NCBI RefSeq assembly: GCF_902652985.1
Contig: NC_047021.1
Span: 40,734,001 to 40,798,000 of the forward strand
Reading direction: 5' to 3'
Length of the DNA stretch: 64,000 nucleotides
Origin: Pecten maximus
Lineage: Eukaryota
In this document: positions 48,864-63,290 of the stretch, one piece after another
How the letters are laid out: each line of letters opens with the position of its first letter
Numbering within the stretch: position 1 is the stretch's first letter
Notes under the pieces: model-generated
What the model saw: only the letters and a program-made list of their open reading frames with translations
Databases searched by the model: none
Told to the model about the DNA's origin: nothing
Position numbers and translations under genes: made by a program

Positions 48864-51183
48864 GGTATCGTGTATGATGACCTAGGTGACATCGACATTA
48901 TGTTTGCTGTCGTGTGTGATGACCTAGGTGACACAGATATTATGTTTGGTGTCATGTATGATGACCTTGGTGACACCGACATTATGTTTGGTGTCGTGTA
49001 TGATGACCTAGATGACACAGACATTATGTTTGGTGTTGTGTAAGATGACCTTGGTGACACCGACATTATGTTTGGTGTCGTGTATGATGACCTTGGTGAC
49101 ACCGACATTATGTTTGGTGTTGTGTATGATGACCTAGATGACATCGACATTATGTTTGGTGTCGTGTATGATGACCTTGGTGACACCGACATTATGTTTG
49201 GTGTCGTGTATGATGACCTAGATGACACAGACATTATGTTTGGTGTTGTGTAAGATGACCTTGGTGACACCGACATTATGTTTGGTGTCGTGTATGATGA
49301 CCTTGGTGACACCGACATTATGTTTGGTGTTGTGTATGATGACCTAGATGACACCGACATTATGTTTGCTGTCGTGTGTGATGACCTAGGTGACACAGAC
49401 ATTATGTTTGGTGTCGTGTATGATGACCTTGGTGACATCGACATTATTTTTGATGCCGTGTATGATGACCTTGGTGACACAGACATTATTTTTGATGCCG
49501 TGTATGATGACCTTGGTGACACAGATATTATGTTTGGTGTCGTGTATCATAACCTTGGTGACATCGACATTATTTTTGATGCCGTGTATGATGACATTGG
49601 TGACACAGACATTATTTTTGATGCCGTGTATGATAACCTAGGTGACACAGACATTATGTTTGGTGTCGTGTATCATAACCTAGGTGACACCGACATTATT
49701 TTTGATGCCGTGTATGATGACCTTGGTGACACAGACATTATGTTTGGTGTCGTGTATGATGACCTAAGTGACACAGACATTATGTTTGGTATGGTGTATG
49801 ATGACCTTGGTGACACAGACATTATGTTTGGTGTCATGTATGATGACCTAGATGACATCGACATTATGTTTGGTGTCGTGTATGATAACCTTGGTGACAC
49901 AGACATTATGTTTGATGCCGTGTATGATGACCTTGGTGACACAGACATTATGTTTGGTGTCGTGTATGATGACCTTGGTGACACAGAAATTATGTTTGGT
50001 GTCGTGTATGATGACCTTGGTGACACAGACAGTATGTTTGGTGTCGTGTATCATAACCTAGGTAACATCGACATTATGTTTGCTGTCGTGTGTGATGACC
50101 TAGGTGACACAGACATTATGTTTGGTGTCGTGTAAGATGACCTTGGTGACACCGACATTATGTTTGGTGTCGTGTATGATGACCTAGATGACATCGACAT
50201 TATGTTTGGTGTCGTGTATGATGACCTTGGTGACACAGATATTATGTTTGGTGTCGTGTATCATAGCCTTGGGGACATCGACATTATTTTTGATGCCGTG
50301 TATGATGACCTTGGTGACACAGACATTATTTTTGATGCCGTGTATGATGACCTTGGTGACACAGATATTATGTTTGGTGTCGTGTATCATAACCTTGGTG
50401 ACATCGACATTATTTTTGATGCCGTGTATGATGACCTTGGTGACACAGATATTATGTTTGGTGTTGTGTATCATAGCCTTGGTGACATCGACATTATTTT
50501 TGATGCCGTGTATGATGACCTTGGTGACACAGATATTATGTTTGGTGTTGTGTATCATAGCCTTGGTGACATCGACGTTATTTTTGATGCCGTGTATGAT
50601 GACCTTGGTGACACAGACATTATTTTTGATGCCGTGTATGATGACCTTGGTGACACAGATATTATGCTTGGTGTCGTGTATCATAACCTTGGTGACATCG
50701 ACATTATTTTTGATGCCGTGTATGATGACATTGGTGACACAGACATTATTTTTGATGCCGTGTATGATGGCCTTGGTGACACAGATATTATGTTTGGTGT
50801 CGTGTATCATAACCTTGGTGACATCGACATTATTTTTGATGCCGTGTATGATGACCTTGGTGACACAGATATTATGTTTGGTGTCGTGTATGATAACCGT
50901 GGTGACACCGACATTATTTTTGATGCCGTGTATGATGACCTTGGTGACACAGATATTATGTTTGGTGTCGTGTATCATAACCTTGGTGACATCGACATTA
51001 TTTGTGATGTCGTGTATGATGACCTAGGTGACACCGACATTGTGTTTGGTGTCGTGTATGATAACATTGGTTGTACGGACATCATATTTGTTTGCTGTCA
51101 TGTATGATAACCTAGGTGGAACAGGCATCATATTTGATGTCATATATGATGACCAAGGTAGGACCGGCATCATTTTTATATGA
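48864..51183. repeat. 42-bp minisatellite family A, expanded array A2' (about 55 units)
   Basis: Same unit as A2, with recurring variant blocks. Confidence 0.95.
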
Positions 51184-51565
51184 TTTTCAGTTCGTCGACA
51201 CGTATTCAAGTTCCACTGAAATGGGGAATTTATTCCAGCCTACCAGCACAACGAAAGCATACACCTTCAACCAACGGGAGCGTCCGTTTTTCTGAAGTGC
51301 ATAAACAAGATCTTTCCAAGGACGGATCAATGTAATAAACCAAACAGTCATCACTAACAAACCTAAGATGACATGATGATGGACTGCACCGCTACAGTCA
51401 TACCTACACCGGCGGTCAAGGCCGTTATCACCCACCGTGAAAACACCAATCGCATGGACACCGTGTCGTCTTCGTGGTCCATATCGTCAGGGTACCTGTC
51501 AATCCACGTGATAAGTACAATGCCCTGTTCTGGCATTCTGATGGTCCTAATCACCAGTCCTACAT

Positions 51566-51800
51566 GGGGCCGCGGTGGTCGAGTGGTTAAGATGTCCCGA
51601 CACTTTATCACTAGCCCTCCACCACTGGGTTGCGAGTTCGAAACCTACGTTGGGCAGTTGCCAGGTACTGACTTTAGGCCGGTGGTTTTTCTCCGGGTAC
51701 TCCGGTTTTCCTCCACCTCTAAAACCTGGGCACGTCTTGGCACGTCCTTAAATGACTGGCTGTTAATAGGACGTTAAACAAAACAAACCAAAACCAAACC
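51566..51800 (+). mobile_element. V-domain-type tRNA SINE
   Basis: TGGTCGAGTGG A box, GTTCGAAAC B box, GGTGGTTTTTCTCCGGGTACTCCGGTTTTCCTCCACC, and the shared tail. Confidence 0.9.
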
Positions 51801-52049
51801 TATAAATGTCGACATTTTCCTTCTCCTCTAAACAGGTTTGCAATATTATGTGCAAACTGTGATTGATATCTTAGTGTTGATGACAATCTTTGGTGTAAAA
51901 TATGTATAAATATTCGTGATGCTAACAGTTTAGTGACAGATATTTTAACCCCAAAACCTACAGTAACTCATGGATTGAACAAAGTTGGTATCCCAAACAT
52001 CCTGTGATGACACATGTACCATCAACAATACTCTAAATTTATAAATGTA

Positions 52050-52276
52050 TTTATTTCCATTGTGAGATGGGTCGCCTGGTACCAGTTGGTGCCTACATCA
52101 CTGGACAACATTGGGAGGTCCGTCGCGTGCCTCCAGACTAATTAGGGTAAAGTGACTTGCATTGCCCATGGACACAACCACGACATCACAGACCGGTATT
52201 GGTAGAGAGAGCAGAAACACACACCTCGGATCTTCGTCTGATTGGCGCTATTAACCCACTGAACTATCGCGACCCC
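52050..52276 (-). mobile_element. CORE-domain-like tRNA SINE, decayed
   Basis: GGGTAAAGTGACTTGC..GCCCATGGACACAAC resembles the reverse-complement CORE domain; TTAACCCACTGAACTATCGCG is a reverse-complement tRNA-like head. Confidence 0.6.
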
Positions 52277-53479
52277 TTCTTCGCATTGAACGGGATAAAC
52301 TTAATTCAGAACAACAGAATATTTAAAAATTTTGTGCCAGTATTCTATCAAATTATCCTGGGATTTGATGCCTATTCATGACTTAAGTGAATTATTTATT
52401 AATAAAATATAGAAACTTGAAAGCATATTTAGATTAGACATCTTCTTCAAATACCAATAATAAAACCTTTCTTGTCAATGTGATACACGAATATTTGGGC
52501 TATGCAAATCTTTCTTTGACTCTGAAACTATTAGATGTTTTGTTTGTAGATGGTTTCAAGATCGGAAACATAACACAGGAAGTGGTATAGTGTACAAATA
52601 TGATAATATCCCTTATATAGGATATCATGACATCGAGAATGATTCAATGGAAATAATGCACAAACATAAACAGCAGTATTTCATACCATCATTACCTAAA
52701 CAATAACCTTCATCATTTTTTTAATATGTCGTACTAAAGATTCAGTTATCAAATTGTCCATTATGGCTTCACTGAATACCATGTGATATATGCATGTATA
52801 TATATTGAATAATATGAAATATGCAAAGCAAAATGTTATGTCCAAATAAGTCACATTTTGTATTTTTTAAAGTCTGAAGATTTTAAGATTGTTTATGAAG
52901 TGAAAATATTTTTAAATATTTTGAGTTTTCATAAAAGAAAGAAAAAAAAAGTATATATTAAAAAAAAAGCTTGGAAAAATTCCAAGAGATATATTCGAAA
53001 TTTTCAAACTATTGACTGAAATAACCATGTTCTATTCAATGGGAGTGTCAAGAGGCAGATTTAAAAAGCAATAACACACTTACTAGACTGTACATGTATA
53101 GATATATATATATTCATCAACTTCATTTTGAAGGAGTGTCTCGTTTTTTCTATTTCTAAAGTATATGGATTTGAGATTGATATAAACATTTAGGATTTAT
53201 TTGTAAGTTATCTAAGTTTAAAACATTTGAATTATAGAATAAGAAATGGGGGAAAAGGAAAAAGGAAAATTAACAAAAAAAAAAAGAAGCTCGGTGTAGC
53301 TTGAGCCCTAACTTACATGAACGAGCCTAACGCGTTACGCATTTCATCAAGACAGCTTGGATTTTACTTTAAAATACTGAAGTTTGCAAAAACAATAAAA
53401 CTGCCATCATTTGCAAATTCTCTCAGACTGGTATCAGCGACTGAAAACCAAGAGCTAAAATTGGAAAAATCAAGACGAT

Positions 53480-53975
53480 CCTGGACCGACAGATATCAAA
53501 TCATACCCATTCTAGTCAAAATATTTGAAAGATATTTAATAATCATCTTAATGAAAAATATCTTGGTAAATATAATCTTCACAGACTGGATTTAGAGCGA
53601 AACACTCATTAAAAACAGCACTTATCAATTTAATTGGTCAGTGGAGTAGGAACATTGACCATAATAAAATAATTGGCCTTTTTTGTTCTCAAGAAGGAAG
53701 TTGACCTAGTCGTTCATAAAATACGATTATTAAGATAAGATGATAAAAGCTTTCCCCGGAACTGGATTGATCCCGGAAGTGGCTTGATCCCGGAAGTGGC
53801 TTCCACAGAAGATAATAACGGGGGTATAACAGGGGCCTATACTTGGTCCACTCCTCTTATTATCTATTATCGGAACAATCAGATGTTGACTTAAATGCGG
53901 GGGTTACTACTGTTCACTGAAGTGATACAGCTTGATGTGAGCTCAAATATAAACTACCGAATGACCTTAATGAAA
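53480..53975 (+). mobile_element. Decayed CR1/L2 reverse transcriptase fragment
   Basis: YQIIPILVKIFERY, QTGFRAKHSLKTALI and GV*QGPILGPLL motifs. Confidence 0.8.
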
Positions 53976-54069
53976 TTGCAACTAGTCGAGAGAAAAGGAT
54001 CTAGAAATTTGCCTCAGAGATAATATTTTTTGTATCATTGTGAAATCCCAGAAAGTCTTTGGAGTAATA

Positions 54070-56873
54070 GCAGATGACGCATTAACTTGGAAAAAGCCCA
54101 TACACAACTGGTGTATACCCTTCTGCTTGACAAGTGTCATCGCATAAGACAACCAACAAAAAAGCTACGGAACACGATCTGACGTGACTCTGACCACGCC
54201 TTCTCCCATCCCATCGACCACGTGTAACCCAGCCACGTGACAAACTGAAGGGCCACTCAGATGTACCGACTGGACTCAATGGCCCCATCCTCCTTCTCGT
54301 GATCCTCATCGTCTAAGTACATAACAGACCTATGACCAAACACACGGACAAACTTGACGACCTCCCTCGGAACCTAAGTGTATGCATAACACACTGTACA
54401 GCTAACGAATGTTTACCAATTTAAAACGATTTAGCGTGTTTTGCCTTCTTCTTCAATTTCGAAACCGAGAAATTGCCTGTGCTCTTGAAAAACTTCGATA
54501 TGATGGTAAGCAAACTTAAAGTCGAAAGCAAACAGAAAGTCCTCAGATTAAAAAACATCCCTTGCAACCATTGCGTCATCATATTTGAATTTGAAAACAT
54601 GCAAACACGAGTCTATGTGTCTGCAGTCTAAAACGTGGCCGGGCTTACCTGATTGAATGAAAGCTCCCCTGAGTGGAGTTATGACCGCGGGCTGTAACGG
54701 AACTTCCGATACATACCCAAGACGTAGCATCTTTTTTTTAGGCATAGCCGTCTAATTTTGTTTTGGCCCCGGATATGACGCGACAGGTGGCGCTTCTGGT
54801 CAAGATGAAGTACGTGATTGGTCAATGTAGCGGTCAATGCAAAATGCAGAGAAACAGTTAAAAACGAAACAAAGTTAAAGGGACCTCACGGTAAACCAAT
54901 ATCCATTGTGTATTTTCTATCATATTATTGGGTATGTCAATAACCATTCGAATTTGATGATGTATGTACATAAAAACATCAATTATCACTTATTAAAAGG
55001 TTATCACTCTGAATATGCAAATTTTGTGACATAAACGATAAACGCATGCGCACAACAAACTAAAACACATGGAAACAAAAATGGCTTCCAATGTGAATCG
55101 AATGCGGCTGGAAACGATAACAGCTTCCGCAATGAAGAGAATAATAGGAAAATGGGTCAAACACAATCCTAGAATTAAACTTGGGAAGCAGTACAATAGA
55201 TTGTAACAGTTCAAACATGAAAACAGCAGTAGTACGGACGCCGCTCGTATTATGCTTGATTGTTTGATTGTAGGTCATGACAATCTCGGTAACATTTACA
55301 CAAACTCGGTAATATTAACACAAACTCGGTAATAGTTCCACAAACTCGGTAATATTTATACAGTCTGTACCAGTACATCGCTACTGTCACTATACAATAT
55401 GAACAGTGTTATATGTGGAACAATAAATAACAATAACAATAAATATGTGTGCCGTAATATATACAGAACGTGTTATTTAACATTTAAACCACTGTATAAT
55501 ATTGTCATCCAACTAACCCAGATGGAATATAGATATCGCCTTGTAAACTATCGTGTGTTTGTGTTGCCACGATTTCAAAACAGTCACGTAATGATTTAAA
55601 AATAATTTCCGCGCTAAATTTAGAGGGGGGTTCCCAACTAAATCGAGTGGTCAAGCTGGACATAGGGATTGACTGTGAACATTGGGACAGCACAGAAACA
55701 CATTCAGTGAAAATTGCAACGTTTTTACCGTGATGTCCCTTTTAAATTGAATGCAAGCGCTGAATAAGTGGATGCATCTATTCAAATGACACATTTGCAG
55801 TCCTATTATCACGAAAAAGGATTCAAACTGATATAATTTCGCTATCCGTGCTGAAACTGCGCATTTATTAATTAAAATGTAGTTCATTAATTTATTTCAC
55901 CAGTAGTTTTACATTATAACCACCAGCATTAAAACTATGCCGTTTATCTTTTTTAAAGATATTTCTTGTGATTTCTGTCTCTATAAGCTAGAGCTTACCT
56001 CTTGCTGTCTTGTTGTTCGACAAAGCCACACGTGACGGGATTTCCCGGAACGCCATCTTATAACCGTTCTCTATGATGGGTAATACTGCCTCGTTCGTAC
56101 CTTTATCTTCCAATACTGGACATTACCCTTCAATCGGCCTACAGGTATACATGCAGACTCGTGCGATGTAGCTTAAGTTTAACCCTTTTGTGAAATTTGA
56201 AGCGCCCCGTGGATCTCCTACCTAATCATTAACCTAAACAAAGGATTCTTTCTCATGCATATTAAACAAAGAATAACTTATCTTATAGCCCGATGCGCTC
56301 GATGCAGCTCTTTTGAGCCCGGACACTCCTGTTGCTAATGTTCTACCTTTCACCACGCAAAGCACATGCCGATTTCAGCGCCGCCTCTCGGGAACTCCCG
56401 TTCTTGCCTGCGTAGTACTTGTGTTCGTTTGGCTCCTAGTCTCAAACTCTTACCGCTGATCTATTCCTTAGCGGTTTCTTCCCCTGGTCGACCTGGTCTT
56501 CTCTGCCTTGACATTTTCTAAAGTCTCTGTACCTAGCTCGGTCTTCCTCTGATAATCATAGTCGGACGTTTTGGAGATGCTTTATATTCGTCGATAATTT
56601 TCCAGACCCCCTCAGAACTGGCAGCCATCTTAATCAGTTTGTTCCGCGCACTTTGGAACTAAACCTGTACTGTCCTCACATTGTCCTTGTCCGAACAGAC
56701 TGTTGGATTTTATCCAAAGAAGTCTCCGAGGTTTAACACATTTTCGTCTCAAAAGAATTAAACTTCTGAGAAATCAAGTTGTCTTAGTGATCGAGTATTT
56801 TGTATTAAGATATGCCGACCGCGGCCTGCATCTGATCCGAAATAGTTGTAGAGTGCATAGGATCTTCCGGCAT
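54070..56873 (-). mobile_element. Decayed DIRS/Ngaro-type tyrosine-recombinase retrotransposon (gag-like ORF + RT), interrupted
   Basis: Gag-like: RNKLIKMAASSEGVWKIIDEY and a degenerate CCHC (CFAW*KVEH*QQECP). RT: PVGRLKGNVQYW..IIENGYKMAF, GKPGHVLDCRHIDSCLHVFKFKYDD, LFAFDFKFAYHHIEVF, REVVKFVRVFGHRSVMYLDD. No recombinase region seen. Confidence 0.88.
54741..55941. mobile_element. 1.2-kb non-coding insertion in the DIRS RT (putative non-autonomous DNA element)
   Basis: Interrupts RT homology. GGCATAG...CTATGCC ends; a 20-bp tandem CTCGGTAATATTAACACAAA x4 at about 55285-55360. Confidence 0.55.
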
Positions 56874-57289
56874 GGCGCAAAAATGGAAATCAATCTTCAA
56901 ACCAATCTCTTTTGAAAGTGAACATAACCGAAAAAGTAAAGGGAAAACTAGAGAATGACTTCACCTTGTGTACTCGTACCGAGGCCTTCAAACCGCACGT
57001 GCACTACGTGCCAGGGAAGACAAAAAAATCCAGTTATAGCTCCGAAACGCGGGAATATTTAATTCTCGGAACACACGGATGTCGACATGTTTGCGGACGA
57101 TACTGCTATCAAATATAAACTACTGAATGACCTTAATGATATTATCATTTGAAAGATGACCTCATTAATAGTATTTGTAACATTGTTAAATCTATATATT
57201 CATAATGGTAATTCTGAAATGCCAACTACAATTTTTTCGCAAACTAAATTTGTACTTTATCAAGAAGCTAAACTAAAGCTATAACCTAG

Positions 57290-60200
57290 AATAGGACATA
57301 TTTAGTACTGTCTGTGGTAAAGTAGACAGGGCCGACATTAGGATTGTTGTAGGACAGTATAACCTATGATGGTCCGACATTAGGATTGTTGTAGGACAGT
57401 ATAACCTATGATGGTCCGACATTAGGATTGTTGTAGGACAGTATAACCTAGGTAGGGCCGACATTAGGATTGTTGTAGGACAGTATAACCTATGATGGTC
57501 CGACATTAGGATTGTTGTAGGACAGTATAACCTAGGTAGGGCCGACATTAGGATTGTTGTAGGACAGTATAACCTAGGTAAGGCCGACATTAGGATTGGT
57601 GTAGGACAGTATAACCTAGGTAGGGCCGACATTAGGATTGTTGTAGGACAGTATAACCTAGGATAGCCCGACATTAGGATTGTTGTAGGACAGTATGACC
57701 TAGGTAGGGCGGACATTAGGATTGTTGTAGGACAGTTAACCTAGGATGGTCCGACATTAGGATTGGTGTAGGACAGTATAACCTAGGTAAGGCCGACATT
57801 AGGATTGGTGTAGGACAGTATAACCTAGGTAGGGCCGACATTAGGATTGTTGTAGGACAGTATAACCCAGGTAGGGCCGACATTAGGATTGTTGTAGGAC
57901 AGTATAACCAAGGAAAGCCCGACATTAGGATTGTTGTAGGACAGTATAACCTAGGTAGGGCCGACATTAGGATTGTTGTAGGACAGTATAACCTAGGTAG
58001 GGCCGACATTAGGATTGTTGTAGGACAGTATAACCTAGGTAGGACCGACATTAGGATTGTTGTAGGACAGTATAACCTAGGTAGGGCCGACATTAGGATT
58101 GTTGTAGGACAGTATAACCTAGGTAGGACCGACATTAGGATTGTTGTAGGACAGTATAACCTAGGTAGGGCCGACATTAGGATTGTTGTAGGACAGTATA
58201 ACCTAAGATGGTCCGACATTAGGATTGTTGTAGGACAGTATAACCTAGGTAGGGCCGACATTAGGATTGTTGTAGGACAGTATAACCTAGGTAGGGCCGA
58301 CATTAGGATTGTTGTAGGACAGTATAACCTAAGATGGTCCGACATTAGGATTGTTGTAGGACAGTATAACCTAGGTAGGGCGGACATTAGGATTGTTGTA
58401 GGACAGTATAACCTAGGTAGGACCGACATTAGGATTGTTGTAGGACAGTATAACCTAGGTAGGACCGACATCAGGATTGTTGTAGGACAGTATAACCTAG
58501 GTAGGGCCGACATTAGGATTGTTGTAGGACGGTATAACCCAGGTAGGGCCGACATTAGGATTGTTGTAGGACAGTATAACCTAGGTAGGGCCGACATTAG
58601 GATTGTTGTAGGACAGTATAACCCAGGTAGGGCCGACATTAGGATTGTTGTAGGACAGTATAACCTAGGTAGGGCCGATATTAGGATTGTTGTATTACAG
58701 TATAACCTAGAATGGTCCGACATTAGGATTGTTGTAGGACAGTATAACCTAGGTAGGGCCGACATTAGGATTGTTGTAGGACGGTATAACCCAGGTAGGG
58801 CCGACATTAGGATTGTTGTAGGACGGTATAACCCAGGTAGGGCCGACATTAGGATTGTTGTAGGACGGTATAACCCAGGCAGGGCCGACATTAGGATTGT
58901 TGTAGGACAGTATAACCTAGGTAGGGCCGACATAAGGATTGTTGTAGGACGGATTAACCTAGGTAGGGCCGACATTAGGATTGTTGTAGGACGGTATAAC
59001 CTAGGTAGGGCCGACATTAGGATTGTTGTAGGACAGTATAACCTAGGATAGCCCGACATTAGGATTGTTGTAGGACAGTATGACCTAGGATAGCCCGACA
59101 TTAGGATTGTTGTAGGACAGTATAACCTAGGATAGCCGACATAAGGATTGTTGTAGGACAGTATAACCTAGGATAGCCCGACATTAGGATTGTTGTAGGA
59201 CAGTATAACCTAGGTAGGGCCGACATTAGGATTGTTGTAGGACAGTATAACCTAGGTAGGGCCGACATTAGGATTGTTGTAGGACAGTATAACCTAGGAA
59301 GGGCCGACATTAGGATTGTTGTAGGACAGTATAACCTAGGTAGGGCCGACATTAGGATTGTTGTAGGACAGTATAACCTAGGTAGGGCCGACATAAGGAT
59401 TGTTGTAGGACAGTATAACCTAGGTAGGGCCAACATTAGGATTGTTGTAGGACAATATAATCTAGGTAGGGCCACATTAGGATTGTTGTGGGACAGTATA
59501 ATCTAGGTAGGGCTGACATTAGGATTGTTGTAGGGCAGTATAACCTAGGTAGGGACGACATTAGGATTGTTGTAGGACAGTATAACCTAGGTAGGGCCGA
59601 CATTAGGATTGTTGTAGGACAGTATAACCTAGGTAGGACCGACTTTATGATTGTTGTTGTACAGTATAACCTAGGTAGGACCGACATTATGATTGTTGTT
59701 GTACAGTATAACCTAAGATGGTCCGACATTAGGATTGTTGTAGGACAGTATAACCTAGGTAGGGCCGACATTAGGATTGTTGTAGGACAGTATAACCTAA
59801 GTAGGGCCGACATTCGGATTGTTGTAGGACAGTATAACCTAGGTAGGGCCGACATTCGGATTGTTGTAGGACAGTATAACCTAGGTAGGGCCGATATTAG
59901 GATTGTTGTAGGACAATATAACCTAGGTAGGGTCGACATTAAGATTGTTGTAGGACAATATAACCTAGGTAGGGCCGACATTAGGATTGTTGTAGGACAG
60001 TATAACCTAGGTAGGGCCGACATTTGGATTGTTGTAGGACAGTATAACCTAGGTAGGGCCGACATTAGGATTGTTGTAGGGCAGTATAACCTAGGAAGGG
60101 CGGACATTAGGATTGTTGTAGGACAGTATAACCTAGGTAGGGCCGACATTAGGATTGTTGTAGGACAGTATAGCCAAGGATAGCCCGACATTAGGATTGT

Positions 60201-61567
60201 TGTAGGACAGTATAACCTAGGTAGGGCAGACATTAGGATTGTTGTAGGACAGTATAACCTAGGTAGGGCCGACATTAGGATTGTTGTTGTACAGTATAAC
60301 CTAGGTAGGGCTGACATTAAGATGTTGTAGGACGGTATTATCTAGGTAGGGCCGACATTAGGATTGTTGTATTACAGTATAACCTAGAATGGTCCGACAT
60401 TAGGATTGTTGTAGGACAGTATAACCTAGGTAGGGCTGACATTAGGATTGTTGTAGGACAGTATAACCTAGGTAGGGCCGACATTAGGATTGTTGTAGGA
60501 CAGTATAACCTAGGTAGGGCCGACATTAGGATTGTTGTAGGACAGTATAACCTAGGTAGGGCCGACATTAAGATTGTTGTAGGACAATATAACCTAGGTA
60601 GGGCCGACATTAGGATTGCTGTAGGACAGTATAACCTAGGTAGGGCCGACATTAGGATTGTTGTAGGACAGTATAACCTAGGTAGGGCCGACATTAGGAT
60701 TGTTGTAGGGCAGTATAACCTAGGTAGGGCCGACATTAGGATTGTTGTAGGACAGTATAACCCAGGTAGGGCCGACATTAGGATTGTTGTAGGACAGTAT
60801 AACCTCGGTAGGGCCGACATTAGGATTGTTGTAGGACAGTATAACCTAGGTAGGGCCGACATTAGGATTGTTGTAGGACAGTATAACCTCGGTAGGGCCG
60901 ACATTAGGATTGTTGTAGGACAGTATAACCTAGGTAGGGCCGACATTAGGATTGTTGTAGGACAGTATAACCTAGGAAGGGCCGACATTAGGATTGTTGT
61001 AGGACAGTATAACCTAGGTAGGGCCGACATTAGGATTGTTGTAGGACAGTATAACCTAGGTAGGGCCGACATTAAGATTGTTGTTGTACAGTATAACCTA
61101 GGTAGGGCCGACATTAGGATTGTTGTAGGACAGTATAACCTAGGTAGGGCGGACATTAGGATTGTTGTAAGACAGTATAACCTAGGTAGGACCGACATTA
61201 GGATTGTTGTAGGACAGTATAACCTAAGATGGTCCGACATTAGGATTGGTGTAGGACAGTATAACCTAGGTAGGGCCGACATTAGGATTGTTGTAGGACA
61301 GTATAACCTAGGTAGGGCCGCCATTAAGATTGCTGTAGGACAGTTTAATCTAGGTAGGGCCACATTAGGATTGTTGTAGGACAGTATAACCTAGGTAGGA
61401 CCGACATTAGGATTGTTGTAGGACAGTATAACCTAGGTAGGACCGACATTAGGATTGTTGTAGGACAGTATAACCTAGGTAGGACCGACATTAGGATTGT
61501 TGTAGGACAGTATAACCCAGGTAGGGCCGACATTAGGATTGTTGTAGAGTTGTATAACCTAGGTAGG
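57290..61567. repeat. 42-bp minisatellite family B, about 102 copies
   Basis: Unit GACATTAGGATTGTTGTAGGACAGTATAACCTAGGTAGGGCC. Confidence 0.97.
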
Positions 61568-62684
61568 TGTACTGGTGCACGTTATATAGGGTAGGACATG
61601 TGTTCCTGTTGTCACGTTTTTGACTGAAAGCTTACTGAGTTATTCTTAGAAAATAAGATGTCGTCAATTTCCAAATGAATGAATTCTCAAAAAATATGCG
61701 CTTACGTAAATAAAACACAACGGAAAAAAATTCGGTTGACCGACATTCTCTTGAATCTCCAATTAAAAACTCCCTATTTAGGATAAACAGTCTTGTGATA
61801 ATTTGTTGTTCAGTTGAGCAATAAAATACATGAAAATCATATGACAGGTATACATTCTGAAACGTTATATATTTTAATAAAATGTGTAAAACCTTGCACT
61901 GATTTGCTGTTTCTGTGTAGATAGATATACGCCTATTATCGCTCTATTGTCCTGATATCGCAGTACATATAGGTTGAATGTGATATATAACATCGGATCA
62001 TGCACTGAAAATACAAAAAAATGCAGAGAACATCAAATTAGCATGCAGCTTGCACTGTTGCAGTTAGACTTTAACAGATGCACATTTTTTCCGTCCTATT
62101 AGTGACGAAAAAGCACTATTCTTCTGCATTTTGTAAATTCGACTTTCTGCGTTATCCAGAGATTACTGATATAAATTACATTCATGCTATTACATGAATC
62201 ACTAGAGGTTTAATTGCATAATTCATTTGGCTTGGTTTCGATTTGAGTAGTGAGATAGTTATAAAATAGGAAAATGCTTTTAATCACAAACAGATGGAGC
62301 AACAAATATAGGCTAAGTTAAAATACATGGAAAATGTCTTAAATATCGTCATGAAGAATGAATACAAACTCTTTGTTTTTGTTGTGGAATGGTCTTAAAT
62401 TATTATCCGGACCAACAATCAAAACAGCAAAGTAACTGTAACTCGTTGATTTTTGACCATCTGAGCTTGTTTAGATATATATTATTTTCATTTTCCGCCA
62501 TAGACTAATGTTTTGAGTGCAGTACATCCACCCGGGGGACTGTTTCATCCGTAACAACTGGATTGCCACTCTCTTTGAGCGATTGATATAGGCCTATACT
62601 GTACAGAATATTGACTTTCATGAATATGGTAATTAACAAAAGCTTGTCGTTCCCGGTCGAGTCCGGGATTAGGTGTGTTAAACA

Positions 62685-63290
62685 GAGGTTACACAACGAG
62701 TGGTTGTTGTATATGACATTTCTTTCGCTCTCGTTAGTTATTTTTCCAAAGTTACAAGAAACAAGAGTTATCCACGAGTTTGCGCAATCTGTTTCTACCA
62801 CAACAGAAAAGCTATTCTGAGGAAGAATGGAAATGTTTTTGTGTCAAAGTGTGTTTTTTTCACAATATCAGGTGGAGTGTAAGGATATGATTTTAAGTGA
62901 AATGCCGCTTATTAATATGCAAAACTGACAATTTAGAAAGTATATCGAAATACTACAATAGCTAACAACACATAACACAGTTTATTCTTTTCAAAGCAAA
63001 AAAATGATAAAAATCAATATTTTCAAAAATATGACAAAAACAACTGCGAACTACTTCTTGTGCATTATCATTTCCAGGACCTTGTGAAGCAGCCTTCAAG
63101 TGTTAGCCAATTAAAACGCACTGAACCATGTGATTAAAAAATAGTCCCGGTCAAAGGTCACAGTGTCAACAAATCAAAACGCGTTTAGAGTTTATTCAAC
63201 ACGTGGTATAAACTGAATGTCATGGAACAGTTGCCATGATTATTTCATACCTTGGGAGTTAAATAACACCAACTTCTTGTGGTAGAAACA
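62685..63290 (+). mobile_element. Dispersed non-coding repeat, copy 2
   Basis: Collinear with 23965-24585. Confidence 0.8.

Larger units (their letters stand above)
42712..51450. repeat. Recent tandem segmental duplication, copy 2 (extra spacer, expanded arrays)
   Basis: Near-identical to 36622-42202; offset 6090 at the left end. Confidence 0.95.

Noticed and set aside
39615-51183. CRISPR-like or C/D-box snoRNA reading of the 42-bp arrays (ATGATGA...CTGA)
   Set aside because: No unique spacers or cas genes, and the context is eukaryotic. The C/D-like boxes are only about 23 nt apart, occur in one subtype and lack a terminal stem.
57279-61533. (MSALPRLYCPTTIL)n ORFs
   Set aside because: Minisatellite translation with frequent frameshifting indels.
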